Numbered from the stretch's first letter, positions 1 through 12,780 are shown. The stretch: DNA of 64,000 nt from Magallana gigas (GCF_963853765.1 NC_088857.1:33046001-33110000), one strand, 5' to 3'. Notes: generated by a model not told the origin, from the letters alone. Numbers and translations are program-made.

Positions 1-760
1 ACATTGTCAACATTGCCAATATTTCTTTGCCGTTTACATCGTCGACATTGTCGACATCGCAACGTTGACGATGTTGAACCTATATCGAGTTTTCATCGTC
101 AACATTGCCGATATTTCTTTGCTGTTAACATCGTCGACATTGTCGACATCGAAATTTCGACGATGTTGAACCAATATCGAATTTACATTGTCTACATCGC
201 GAGTAGAAATATACAATGTAAGACATATAAAATATCACCATGTTGGTCATCATTGCGATACTGACAATGTCGACGATGTAAACAGGATATAAGAGGTACG
301 ATGTAGACACGATATCTACACGATGTCGAGCAACATTGCGATGTCGACGGTGTAAACAGGTTATAAGAGGTACGATGTAGACACGAAGTCTACACGTTGT
401 TGATCAACACTGCAATGTCGACGGTGTAAACAGAAAAGGAGGCACACGATGTATACACGGTATCGACTCGATGTCGATCAACATTGCGATATCGACTATG
501 TAAACAGGATATAAGAGGTACGATGTAAACACGATGTCGACCCGATATCGATCAACATTGCGATGTCGATGATGTAAACAGGAAACAAGACACTCGATGT
601 GGACACAATGTCGACTCGATGTTGGTTAACATTGCGATATCGAAAGTGTACACAGAATATGAATGGTACGCTGCAAATGCAAATTTAATAATTATACTAA
701 TATGATATTAACACAATGTCTACTCGATATTGGCCAACATTGCAATGTCGTCAATATTGA
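1..760. repeat. CpG-rich tandem arrays in inverted orientation (foldback-like)
   Basis: AACATTGCGA-type unit starts at 332, 406, 480, 554, 628 (74-bp period), with a further copy at 736. A second array has a ~92-bp period (8, 100). GTTTACATCGTCGACATTGTC (32-52) is the exact reverse complement of 263-283. Confidence 0.8.
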
Positions 761-1771
761 TAAAACATTGTGCATTGGACATACCTCCTCGATAGAGATT
801 CCTTCTTCAACATGCTCAAGGGTTTGTTTTAAGAGCAAGCACTCCAAGCAGCCCTACTAAACAGATCGAGAGCTCTTTTATGTAGAATCGACAATTTATG
901 TACTTGAAAATTGCGAGTTATGAGGAACAAATTTATGTACTTGAAAATTGCGAGTTATGAGGACCAAATTTTAATCATATCATATCTATACTCTGTCCTG
1001 AGTTTTTGATTCCACCACTTTTTGCTTGATATTTCGATAATCATATATGCCTTTGTGCTCAAACTACGTTCATCCACTAATAAGAAAAATGTCCAGATTA
1101 TCTAACAGTAACCTAATTCCGCAAATTTGCAAACAAATGAAAATATTCTCATTTTTGCTCTATATTTTGCATTGGGAAGTATAGAGCGCAGGTCTGCTCA
1201 AGTGCGATTTTAACATATGTTTTTCTTCAAATAGTTATATATATTATACTAAAAAATGGTACTTGAGCAAGCCTGAGCTTGATGTTTCCCAGTCGAAAAA
1301 CCATTGGAAAACACCCATATTTTGCTACAAAACGTCAATTTATCAAAATAATGCAATCATCATGACGTCATTTCTACATTATGAGGTCACTGCTGTGATA
1401 ACCTTTAACACCTTTATTTCCAATATGATTTTAACTATCTTTTCACTTATTTTTTAAGCTCTTTCTAAAACTTTGATTTTGGGGGGCAAAAAATGCATAA
1501 AACCGCACATAGGCCATTGTTTTGGTTCCTGTGAACTTTTATGAGTGAAAAATGATAACTGTTTAATGAGGATGTCTTTGATATATTCCCTTTTATCGAT
1601 TTCAACTGTTAAATTCTTTCAAAGGTATGTGTATTTTTATCAAAATCATCAAAAAGTGATTGAAGCAATAACTTGGGACAAACTATAGTTCTTTAAATGT
1701 AATAATACACAACTGTCTTGAAAAAATTAATACATGTATACAGAGAACATGAACAGTCATGTTTTCTTCAG

Positions 1772-2017
1772 TTAGGCCACACCAATATAATTTCTTGTTT
1801 GTCGGACCCCGCACTCTCGTTTTTTAATAAAACTACACAAATGATATACCGGTAATTAATAATAATTTAAATTTACAATTTCAGGAAATTCTGCACTGTT
1901 TTATTTTCTATTTCCGCTTTTATTTTTCGCATTTTAAATAGTCTTATTAAATTAATTTATCAGAAACAAGTAGAAGAAATATAATCGTCTGCACAAATTT
2001 ATTAATGTACGGCCTAA
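1772..2017. mobile_element. Possible short MITE
   Basis: TTAGGCC at 1772 and GGCCTAA ending 2017 form a short terminal inverted match around ~245 bp of AT-rich DNA; weak. Confidence 0.3.
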
Positions 2018-2345
2018 AAATTTTGGCTACAAGTCATTTAGAAATAGAAATGTTTTTTAATTGTTCGCACACTCGTATCTTTTTTCACTGGCCTTACGTG
2101 TTGATAATAAAGTATAATACCCCTGGTATCAACAGATAAAACTTCTAGTTTCATGAATAAACATCTGAACATTTAAAAAAAAAAATCCTGTTATTTAATT
2201 CTATAGATAAGGCAATATCATCATAAAGTAGAACTTTACAATGTACAATGTCAATTCTTGCTGAAAAATATCAACAAAGGCAAGCTTTTGCCTCAGCTCT
2301 CATAGACAATGTATTAATCTTCATGTGTGTTATGTTTAATTCCAG

Positions 2346-2456
2346 ACTACTGTCCAGTATTTAACCTAAACGCTAAAGGGTTTGATGCAGTACCTTGTGA
2401 TCCGCAGAGAGGAATATGTTCATCTCAACAATTCCAATCTAGAGACGTGTTCAAAT
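2346..2456 (+). CDS. Exon encoding Cys-rich ectodomain segment
   Basis: ttccag acceptor and gtaag donor; phase 1-1; YCPVFN...PC...C...SRDVFKY, continuing PGCL in the next exon. Confidence 0.75.
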
Positions 2457-5400
2457 GTAAGGAAAGCATGATTTTTTGTTGTTTTGTTATGTTTTTAGCT
2501 TACCTTAGCCAAAGGATCAAGTAAGCTTTCCTGATCAAAGTTTATCTGTTGTCTATCATCGTTGTCTTGTTGTGGTAAACTTTTCACATTATTCAATTTT
2601 CTTCACCAAATCCATCAGACCAATTTTAACCAAACTTGGCACAAAGCATTATTTGGTGAAGGGGATTTACGTTTGTTCAAATGAATGCATGAAGGGCCAT
2701 ACCCTCTTTAAAGTGGAGATAAAATTTGTTGGTATTTTTCAAAAATCTCTTGGCCAGAAAAGCTGAAACTTGTGTAGAAGCATCCTCAGGTAGTGTAGAA
2801 ACAAGTTTATTCAGATCCTTATCCCCTGGGGTATGCTTGGGCCACAATGATGGTGGGGGGGGTTGGTCAAATTTTTACATTCATGTAGAAGTATATAGAG
2901 AAATATGCTTTAAAATCTTCTCAATAACTATTTGGCCAGAAAATCTAAAACTTGTATGGAAGCATCCTCAGGTAGTGTAGATTCATGTTTGTTTAGTTCC
3001 CTATCCCTGAGGGTAAGGTGGGGCCACGGTGGGGGTTGGGGTGGAGGAGGGGGGGGGGGGGGGGGTTAGTCGACTTTTTGATATTCAATTTTGTTTAAAC
3101 CAGGCTCTCTAGAAGGGGGTAGATGTTTTTATTTCTTATTCTCAAAAACTGATATGAAACTGAAACAACAAAAGTAGCTAAATGTTTAACTTAAGAATAT
3201 GTGGAGAAAAAATTGGAAATTCTTTATAAACAAGGTATACTCTACTAAGTTGTCTATTTATTTTACTGGTGTATTTGATACTCATAAGACAACCTAAAGC
3301 TTTTTGTTCAATTATGGTAGCTGCAGGTCTGTAGCTCCTTATCTAAACAAAATTTAGATGGATGACCTTAGAGCTAAAGTTCCCTATGTATTAAAAAGGT
3401 TGCAATATACAGCACACTAAAAATTGAACTAGTATTGGAATGATTAACCTTATTTACACACAACATGCACAAATTCAGTTGAAATAATTATTACCATTAA
3501 ATTCTTCAGACAATTTACCACACATGACATATTGTCACTTTACTTGCTTCTAATATTCTTTTAAACACCATCACCAGCCCCATAAAGTAAGGTAATGTTG
3601 TGTTTTTGAATTTAACATACTTCATTTTCCAAAGTCAGTGTGTTTTAGAGAAAGTCTGAGGCAAGTAAAAAGACGACTTCATTCAGTCATATTCAGACTG
3701 GGAGCTACAAACCTGCAGCTACAGTTTTGGCTATTTTTACTCAGATGAGGGATGTGGCCTAGGTACATGCAATTTCATACCCTTAATTTTAACGCTACCC
3801 TTTTATTCACATGTCTATTTCTACCTACTTCATCTCCCGCATCCAACTTCAATTCAAATAAAATTCTACCATGTTTCTATGAAATTTGTTTTTCTTTTGC
3901 AGCCATCCTGTAAGTCATTATAGATAAAATCTCTTGATGGTTTGAAATTATAGGGCATGACTTGAATCTAGAGCTACAAACAATTTTTTGGTACTTATTT
4001 TTTATGAAATATATCAAGATTAAACAAGATGCCAAGGAACCACATTTCTCTATCTCCCTGAAAAGAACTCTTTCTCACTGTGCATCATGTTCATTTTAAA
4101 CTCTTCCATGCTTGGATCAATGGTTACCTGAAAAGTTACGAACTGTTGTCAGTGAGAGAAATCACCAGGCGAACGTGTGAATGATGTAAAGTCATCCTAC
4201 ATAAAACATTTGTGTGAGGCCTCAGGCTACTAGGCTTTTTGTAAGATATATAGTCAAAGCCACAATACTGACTGCTGCATACATGTCCCATTAAAACATG
4301 GGGCATGATTAAGACACGCAGAATTTCATTGATGTGAATTTCTGATGAAGTTTGAACTGTTTGATTATATTCAATCATAAAATGTTTATCTTTTCCCACC
4401 TTTAGATCCAGGCTGTCTGAACTTCACAAGACAACCACCAGAGTAAGTTTTTTTTCTCATAATTTTTTCCAGTGATACATGTACAATAAAATCAAGAGTG
4501 GTAATAAATACCAACAAAATGTATACTTCAAATAAAGAAAACATTCAGTAGCAGTAAAAATTCAAATTCAAATACAGGTATATTAGTATCGAATGTATAT
4601 TTACAGTGTTTTAATTTACACCAGAGGATTGTTGATTTTTTATGTTATCCAGAAATAAAATTTATACCATAAGACACTTTTTTCATTCATTCAAAATGTG
4701 ATTTTGGTAAAAGGTGTTCAGTGACCTTGAACCTTGCATACAGATCAAAGGCCAAGGTCATAGCAATCTTCTTTGTGAAATCCTTATTCAGGCCATTTAA
4801 TTATAATATCCCTTTGGCCTGAACTGGCTCAAATATCACCCAATAGTTCCTTTGTGATAAGTGTGCAGTGACCATGTCAAAACTCAATGCAAGGTCACAA
4901 CAGACTCCTGTTTAAGACTTGTAAGTCCTAGTCTGGACCACTTTGGTCCAATTTGACTTACTGTAGATTCCTAATTAAATGCGAGAAATTAATATCTGTG
5001 TAAAATTGCAAAAAGCAGCCCTCGCGGATTTTGAAATCTCGCTTTTATTTTTAAGACAGTTTTGTACTTTAGGAAATTATAACAAATAATTTGTGCCTGC
5101 GATTTTGTATTCTTACGATTGGATACAAAACAGTGGTATCGCGGAATAAAGTACTCACGTAATATAAGGAATTTACGGTATACTTACCAAATGACTGCAT
5201 GTAGGTACATGTAGTAACTGTGCAGTAACCTTAAGCCACAAAACAGGACATAGCAATACCATTTGAATTTTTAAAAAATAATTTGTTTATGGTTTCTTTG
5301 AATACAGCGTTGTTCATAATGGTGGCATGAAGCTTGGGCCCAACTTCCTACCAATGATTGCGGGGGCAGGGGTCGCTGTGGCTACCTTAGTGGTCATCGG

Positions 5401-8331
5401 CATTTGTTGTGTCTGGTACTGTAGAAGGAGAAGTGGAGGATCAGGTACGCTTGTTAAGTTTGACCTGCTATTTATTACTTGATACTGTTGTTGGATAGGA
5501 AAACGGAAGCCCATGACCTTGTTCAGATATGGTACATGTATCATTGTGTACAAGTACGGTAAATGACGTTGTTTTGATTTTTACATCTTATAGACATGGT
5601 TAGCATCTTTTTTTTTTTAATAATTCAGTCGGTCATTTAATGATATCAAGGGATAAAAGCCACCCTGATAAAAGAAATTAAAGTAAAATGAAATCTACTG
5701 TTTGTTTTGATTATTACTTGCTCTAATGAATATATATAAAATACATGGTTACTGTCTTGAAATATAAGCTATACCGGTATTTGGGCGAGGGAAAGAAAAC
5801 ATGACAGAGGGCAAGGCTTACCAAGCCCTCTTCATGTTTTTCACCCGAACCCAAATATCACTTATATTTCAAGACAGTTATCATGTATTTAATACATATT
5901 CACAAGTCTGTTCAAGAAGTGTTTACTTTCTTATCCTCAAAAGTACAAGATGGCCGCACATCCCCCTTGAAAGCAAGAGGTTATATTGGGGGCATTGACC
6001 GAATATAGCTTTGGTTTATTTGGTTACTTTTTTTTGGTCAATGCAAAGGGTAGCTGCAGGATAAATAATCAAAGTCAGTTAATTTGCATGTTTAAATTCA
6101 ACAACTATTGAAAAGATAAGCAGTATCTACTTTCATAATTCCTATTGAATTTGTCAAATAATCAGATGATCAAATGAATATTCAGTTCTATAATCAATAA
6201 GTGAACTCTAGTTATTTACATTTTCTCCAGAGTCATTTAACTGTAGAATTTTGATTGTAGAATTGCTGAAAATTATAGAAATATAAGTAAGAAGGAATCT
6301 TTCTTTGAACATTATGAGGTGATCATATACAATCAGACTTTAATTGATTTGATCACCCGGACCCTATTTGATCACCTTAAAATGCTCAAAGAATGTTTCC
6401 TTATTCCTTAAATTAAAGTTACTTTCAATGCCCCTGAAATTGAGAGGTGGATTTTGGTTTAGGGTGATAGTATTATATTTGTTTATCTAATACATGTGTA
6501 TCTTTTTAATTATATCACTGTGTTTAAAAAAATCTTTTTGAAAATTTGTTTCAAAACTTGTTGTGGTTCTTGGAAGTCAAAGAGAACTATGTACCGGTAA
6601 TTGTTTCTTGGTGGTTTTAAGTTGTTATTATGAAAGATGCAAATTAAAGTGTACTGGACCAGCATTGTGAGCAGTATGTTTACTTAATGATAATCTGTTT
6701 TCAGGGAAAAATAAAAAGGATGACATAGAGATGAGACAACCATTAGTAAAGAAATTTCCTGAAGGTAAAAAATGTAAATCTGGCCCATTTACTTATAGAA
6801 CTAAAACCATAACAATGCATTGTTTTATTATGAAGTACAAAAATGTTTGCATTTAGTTTTGAAAATAGAAGAACTGTAACTAACTTGCATTATTCTTTTA
6901 TTTTTGCTTCAATTTTTATATGTAAAAAGAAAAAAATGTATTTGTAAGTTCTTGAATATTCAGTTAGGGTTTTTCTTTTGATATGATGATACAAAATGAT
7001 TTTTTTTTCAAACAGAACTTCTCAGAACTTGTCATTATTTGACAGCCAATGTCTTCTACCCAACCAAAGTCTACACAAAATGCATAGGTTTGTTTGAGGT
7101 GCATGGCATTTTGACATTTGTCGGTCCCCATGGATCCGGGAAGACTACTAGTGCAGTCAATCTCCTTAGCAAGAAGGAAGGAACACAAATCAATGGCAAA
7201 AAATGTGTGGTTGAAATCTGCGAGTCAGTTGAAGAAGTTGGGAGTAAAATGGTTGAAGGTTGTGTTACTTTTGTGCTACTGGATGATGTTTTAGATCAGT
7301 ATGCCTATCAACCAGCACTGCTTAAGTCTCATAAAGAAAAATTCACAGATTTGAAAAAATTTATAGATGAAGGCAAGCTTCGATTGATATGCACTGTAAC
7401 AGATACAACGTGGAAAAATTGTGCAAAAGAGATTGGTGACTGCCCACTGTTCCATAAAGACTTTGTAGTTGAGTTAACAGAAAAGGCACTAGATAAGCAA
7501 GAAAAATTAGAAATACTGAAAAAACATATTGCCTACAACAAGTTTAATGTCACTCAGAAGAAGAAGGAAGAGAATTTGAAAACAATAGACAAGCGACATG
7601 CAAATAATTCTTTAATTACTATCCATGAAAAGACACTGCAAAACTGGGCAAAGAAAGCTAAAGCAAAAGGAGGGATTGGCATTCCACTTCTCTTTGATAT
7701 GATGTGTGTAAACAAACATTTGTTTGCATGTGCAGACACTCTTCTATCTGACAGCTTGGAAAATGTCTTGAAAATGCGAATTGATTTTGATGCTAAATCT
7801 TCAACAGGTTCCGACAGCAAGGATTATGTCTGTTTACTGCTTTTTGCAGCCTTTTTTGGCGGAAAAATTTCATTGGAAGATTTTAGAAAAAAAGGTGATA
7901 AAAGAAAGGAGGAAGTATATGTTAGTATTTGCAGTAAGAAAGGTTGTAGTATAAAAGAAGAGAATAAAATTGGAGAATTGTTGAGGTCAGATGAATTGAG
8001 CGGGTATTTTTACCCTCTGGGAGATGCCAATGTATTTCATCACAAAGTTTTGACTCCTTTGCTTTTATCGATTATTGCTAAAGAAGACGAGGTCTTAGTT
8101 TTGAAACATGCCGAACTTGATGTTCTTTTTAAGGTTCTTCAACCTCAGAAATCAAAGTATCCATTCGCAGTAACAGTAAGCGAGAAGGCATTATTGTCAG
8201 ATCTAATTCCAAGAATTTTGGAAGCTCCCGAAGTCATTGGTAAATGGAAACGGCACGTGGTCATGCAATCAGAAAAACTGAAAAAGCAATTGGAAAATCC
8301 ACCGTCCTCGGATGGAGAGAAGAAGAAATGA
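2346..8331 (+). CDS. Type I membrane protein: Cys-rich ectodomain + TM + cytosolic nSTAND3-type P-loop NTPase (5'-incomplete, ~553 aa visible)
   Basis: Exons 2346-2456, 4406-4442, 5308-5444, 6705-6764, 7016-8331; all AG/GT junctions join in frame (intron phases 1,2,1,1). Joined translation: YCPVFNLNAKGFDAVPCDPQRGICSSQQFQSRDVFKYPGCLNFTRQPPDVVHNGGMKLGPNFLPMIAGAGVAVATLVVIGICCVWYCRRRSGGSGKNKKDDIEMRQPLVKKFPEELLRTCHYLTANVFYPTKVY...GPHGSGKT...FVLLDD. Confidence 0.8.
2492..3010 (-). mobile_element. HINE/Helentron-like non-autonomous element fragment with ~166-bp satellite units
   Basis: Begins with the reverse complement of the 3' hairpin end seen at 33625-33667 and 39095-39140. Contains GAAGCATCCTCAGGTAGTGTAGA, the reverse complement of the satellite core. 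Confidence 0.7.
4961..5178. mobile_element. Tc1/mariner-type MITE
   Basis: Imperfect TIRs (CTGTAGATTCCT / AGGAATTTACGG) flanked by TA at 4959-60 and 5179-80. Confidence 0.65.
5308..5444 (+). CDS. Transmembrane exon
   Basis: tacag/gtacgc boundaries; encodes the hydrophobic stretch IAGAGVAVATLVVIGICCVWYC followed by the basic stop-transfer motif RRR. Confidence 0.8.
7016..8331 (+). CDS. Terminal exon: nSTAND3-like NTPase with helical/winged-helix region
   Basis: Uninterrupted 430+ aa ORF. Has an FYPTKVY pre-P-loop segment, Walker A GPHGSGKT, Walker B FVLLDD, GxP-type GIGIPLL and an FHH motif. The acceptor aaacag at 7015 is in frame with the ORF. Confidence 0.85.
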
Positions 8332-11099
8332 AGAGGAAATGCATTGCAGTTTTGATTCACTCTGAAAGTACATCTATATCATGTAACAAAAGTTTTATTA
8401 GGACAGAGAAGAATTCTTTATTTTTTGTTTTTGAAATGTGATCAAACCTGGTATATAATCATGCTAATGACAAGCTTAGAAAATAATCAGTGTTTTTCTG
8501 TGTATTCTCAAGACTTTGCCACTCTTATTCAGAGTTTAAACGAATCGTGATTTTTTTTTTGGTTGTTTTTTGAAACCATGTCCTGGATTCATGTTCGAAT
8601 AAAGAATGACAGCATAAAAAATGCGCGAGAAATGCCATGTACTTTGAATTGTTTAGAGGCAGCAAGTGCAAGTACTCATAAACTCGATTTTGGTGATGTG
8701 GGAAAGTTTTTTTTTTACAGATAAGGTTTGACCCAAAAGGAACCGTTATCTTACTGCCAAGAAGAACTGCATACTTGCATGTTGTTGTACATGTACATGT
8801 GAAGTGGAACCCAATTATATAGATGGACATGTCATATAATTTAATACATAATTTTTTATACGTTATGTTTTTACGCTTGTGTGAATTAAAAAAAATATAT
8901 GTATAAACATTGATTTGAGCTGAAGTAACATTATTCCGACTTTTTTATAATCTGACAATATCAGGAGGAAATATGGAGAAGAAATACATTATTGCAGCGA
9001 ACATTATTCTGTTTTTATCATTATTACACATGTATCATAACTCAGAAGTAGAGGTTTTCCAAAAAAAAAAAGTTGATTAGCTAATTGAATATCAATTGTA
9101 AGTGTCACTTACATCAAAGTTCTATGGAGAAACAATATCGGATTAGAATAGACTTATTAATGAACCAGATCTGGTTACAATGATCAGGTTTGACATTCTT
9201 GGGAATGATTAATGGATAGACGACTTCTTAATTGTGATTTTTTGTTTGCTTGACGAATATGTCAATGACATCGTTAAAATTTGATAAACCATCGTGGACT
9301 AGAAAATATCTCATGAGTGTCTTTGTAAACTCTTAATCGAGTTGAGTATCAGCTTACCTTTAGATGTTGTTAGTAATTGGTGTTTGTTTGTGAATAGGAT
9401 TGTAATTTTGTGGTATTGTGATCTGAATTATTACATACAGGTACATGTATTACATTTTATCGTCAATGTTTATGTTGACACTGGACAAAAACCATTTTTG
9501 TGCAATAACCAATTGTTGTGTCTGAAACAATCAATTTATACATTTATTCTTACCGTTCTTTTTTGGGGTGTACCTGCATGCTATGTCGTAAAATGTTGAT
9601 AATGTTCGCTGCAAAGGAAGCATTTCTTACACGTTTTAGTAAAGACTATCGCTTTGATTATCCATCAAGTCAATGACTTGTTTTCCTTTACAATGGATTG
9701 AATAACACTACCCCTCCCCCAAAAGAGTATTTTATTCCCCTGTTCGCTGTTCAAACAGCATTATTCGATTATTCCAAACTTTTCATTGATTTGGCACTGT
9801 ATTTGAGGGATGATGATATTATAAATGTAAAACAATATGATAAATCAATGATTATTCTTTAATTGTTTCATGAAATAACATTAAAATTAGAAATAATATA
9901 ATTATGTTAGAAGCACCCTACTAAGACCACGTATTTCAAATTTCACAAAACTCGGTTAATCGTATGATATCCATGACGATAAAGCTTGTCAGACATGTTA
10001 CATGTTATAACTTTGTTAAACACCTGTGTACTATATACATGTAGTTACCAATGCTTCTTTGAGCCGAGGATCCATTGAAATCTCATGCAAATAAACATAA
10101 GTAAGCATGTTGAAATGTTGCACAAATATTGAGAAGAGTCGTATTTATATTCCTAATACTCCTAAATGTAAACACAGTTACCAACTTGTGTTACACGTAA
10201 TATTATCAAGTGCCATATATATATAGAGAGAGAAACCTTGTATAGATATCTAACCATGGACTTTGTGTCATTTTATTAACATATTTTAGAAATGTATATT
10301 AGCTAAATACATGACTTATAAGTTAATGTCAGGTAATGTTCGCTCCTCATTGCTAAATATGTACAATTCAAAGTGTCTTAAATCTTGAATGTGTTTATTT
10401 GTTGTGGATTTTTTATATTCTGAATATTTTAATTAAACGCATTCCAATTTCACATGCATTTATTATCGTATTTTTTTTAATAATTATAGTTGATGATATC
10501 CTTAACTCATCTTTGAATGTTAATCTTTAAATAAAAACAAACAACGTATTTGAGACATTTGACTAATGATTCATGCAAAGAGAAGAGCCATATACATATT
10601 TTTGTGATATAATTTTTTAACTATGCTAAATGTTAACCTAGTTCTTCTTAATTTAAGTGTAAATTTGTATAACAATAACAGATTATTTGGCACATTTGTG
10701 TAATGAATCTTGTTAAGAGAAGAACTCTTAAATACGATAATTTTGTCAAACCCTTTTACATTGTAAATTCAGAAGGTAGAACTAAGTAGCTTTGCACAGA
10801 AAATTATATTGAAATTTTTCTATAAAATATACTAGTTTTTTATTACATTAATTTGTTTTATGTTGGGCAGTATCAAGAATTTTTTGTACTATTTTTTTAA
10901 TTTTCAAATTACTGTTATATTTTGATTAAGACGTTATAGGCAAATAACCTCTGTGTTGTATTCTAAATGCAAGTGTTAACCACTATGAAATAGCAAGTCT
11001 GCTATTTGACTATATGTTGCTTACATAGAAATAAAAATGTTGTATTAAACATACTCGTTTATGTTGGAATTATTCAGAAACAATCTATCGAACAGTGGT

Positions 11100-12470
11100 T
11101 AAATTACTAGAAATGAACAGGATATGCAGGAAATTTTTAAGGTTGTGATTAAGTGGTGTACAAAATGTGGGTAACTCCAGCTTATAATATGTTTCAGTTT
11201 ACAAATATCTTGGTATTTTATTCAACGGAAACAGAGATTTCAAAAGTAAGAAAATTTATTCAAATCAGAAAGGCGATCGTTAATATCAATAATTCATCAA
11301 TTGAAAGATATGAGCTTTTCCTCTCTTGAAAAACTGTTTAACAGCTGCGTTGTACCAGTCCTCGATAACTGTAGTGGGGTGTGGGGTTCTCAGAATTTCT
11401 ACTCTTTTCACTCATTGGACAAGTTCAGGATCACGCTATACGGTATTTCCTTATTGTTATACTTTCATGTTAAATACTGAAATCTGATTGGTTAAGACGC
11501 AGTTAATAATATTTTCTATTACCCTCAGCGTTAGCAACGCACTTAGCAACGGGTAACATTAAAAAATGTTACATGCGCGAAAATTATGCGCGTACGGTTC
11601 GCTGTAGAATTCACGTTATTCCTATATAAAAGCAGTAACATTTTCTTAAAAATTAAGACATTCAGTATAACAAAATAAATAGTGCCTGTTTGGGAGGATA
11701 ACAGTTGAAATTGACACCCCTCGAAAACCATTGTCAACCTCCGCTTCGCGTCGGTTGACAATGGTTTTCTCGGGGTGTCAATTTCAACTGTTACCCTCCC
11801 AAACAGGCACTATTTATATATTACAGAATAGCACCGTTATTAGCTTTTCGAGGAGAATGTGGACTGGCTCCTGCCAGTTCTCGACACAAAACAAATATGA
11901 TTCGTCTCTGGAATAGGTTAAAAAAAATTTAATACCAACAGATTTATAAAGAGTCTTTATTTGGGATGAAAATTTTAATAACGAGAGAACATAAATACCG
12001 GTTAATGAAATAACACTTCACCACTGAAAACTATGTGCTACTGGACATTCCAAAAACATGAAATCCACTCTGGCGCAAATTAGATGTGGGATCCCCCTCC
12101 GTGTTGAAACTGGGTGGTTTCGTGGCCTCGACGATAGAATTTGCATCTCTTGTGCCTTAAACGAAATTGAAACTGAAGAACACTTTCTTTTAAAATGCTC
12201 ATTATATAACGACTTACGCAACTCTCTTTTAAAAACCACTTTAGGCTCCGAAAATTTTAATGACAACGATTATTTAGAACACTACTGTGTAATTTTCCCC
12301 GACAATGTGCTCAATTCATATTTAAAGCTTTCAGGTTAAGACAAACAAAATTTTCACACTGACTTTTATATTTAGAGGTCCGGTGGGCTGGGTGTGACAA
12401 TAATATGTTACATTTCAATGTGTATATGTTTAATTGAAACACGTTACTATAATAAATAATTTACTTACTT
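11100..12470 (+). mobile_element. Degenerate 3' fragment of a non-LTR retrotransposon (CR1/L2-group-like), interrupted by a palindromic element
   Basis: EKLFNSCVVPVLDNCSGVWG (~11330-11390), MIRLWNRL (~11900) and C-terminal LAQIRCGIPLRVETG...RICISC...EEHFLLKCSLYNDLR (12058-12339) match typical LINE ORF2 end motifs; frameshifts and stops are present. Confidence 0.75.
11457..11820. mobile_element. Non-autonomous element with long terminal hairpin, copy 1
   Basis: Near-identical to 35842-36173. Internal inverted repeat 11675-11817 with ~65-bp arms around TCCGCTTCGCGTC. Confidence 0.8.
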
Positions 12471-12780
12471 ACCAAGTCCCATTTATTTATGTAACATCAG
12501 AACCATTATTTTAAAATAATTGATCAGGGAGATCTTTTTTTTGTGTTCAGTTAGTCGATTCAATGGCACCTACATTTTTACGTAATAAAAATTACACCTA
12601 CCTAATAAGTATATATGTAGGTAAGGTGTACATAAAAAATTATATTTTCCATAAAAAGAATTTAGAAGATGGCACGTTATGCAGATGGTTGCGAATTCAT
12701 GGAATAAAAGCAATCTTTGTAATTGGTATTTTATTAATCTAACAATAACCTAGACAATCGAAAAAAGACACCCCCCCCCC

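Noticed and set aside
4-310. Short ORFs in the track at the window start
   Set aside because: By-products of the repeat array; low-complexity translation on both strands.
263-760. CRISPR-like regular repeats
   Set aside because: The whole 74-bp unit is repeated with no unique spacers, and the context is eukaryotic with no cas genes; it is a tandem repeat.
893-962. 37-bp perfect tandem duplication
   Set aside because: A simple local duplication with no further structure.
1572-1624. Possible signal-peptide exon (MSLIYSLLSISTVKFFQ, AG|gtatgt) for the receptor
   Set aside because: Ends in phase 2 while the 2346 exon needs phase 1, is weakly hydrophobic, and no intervening exon was found.
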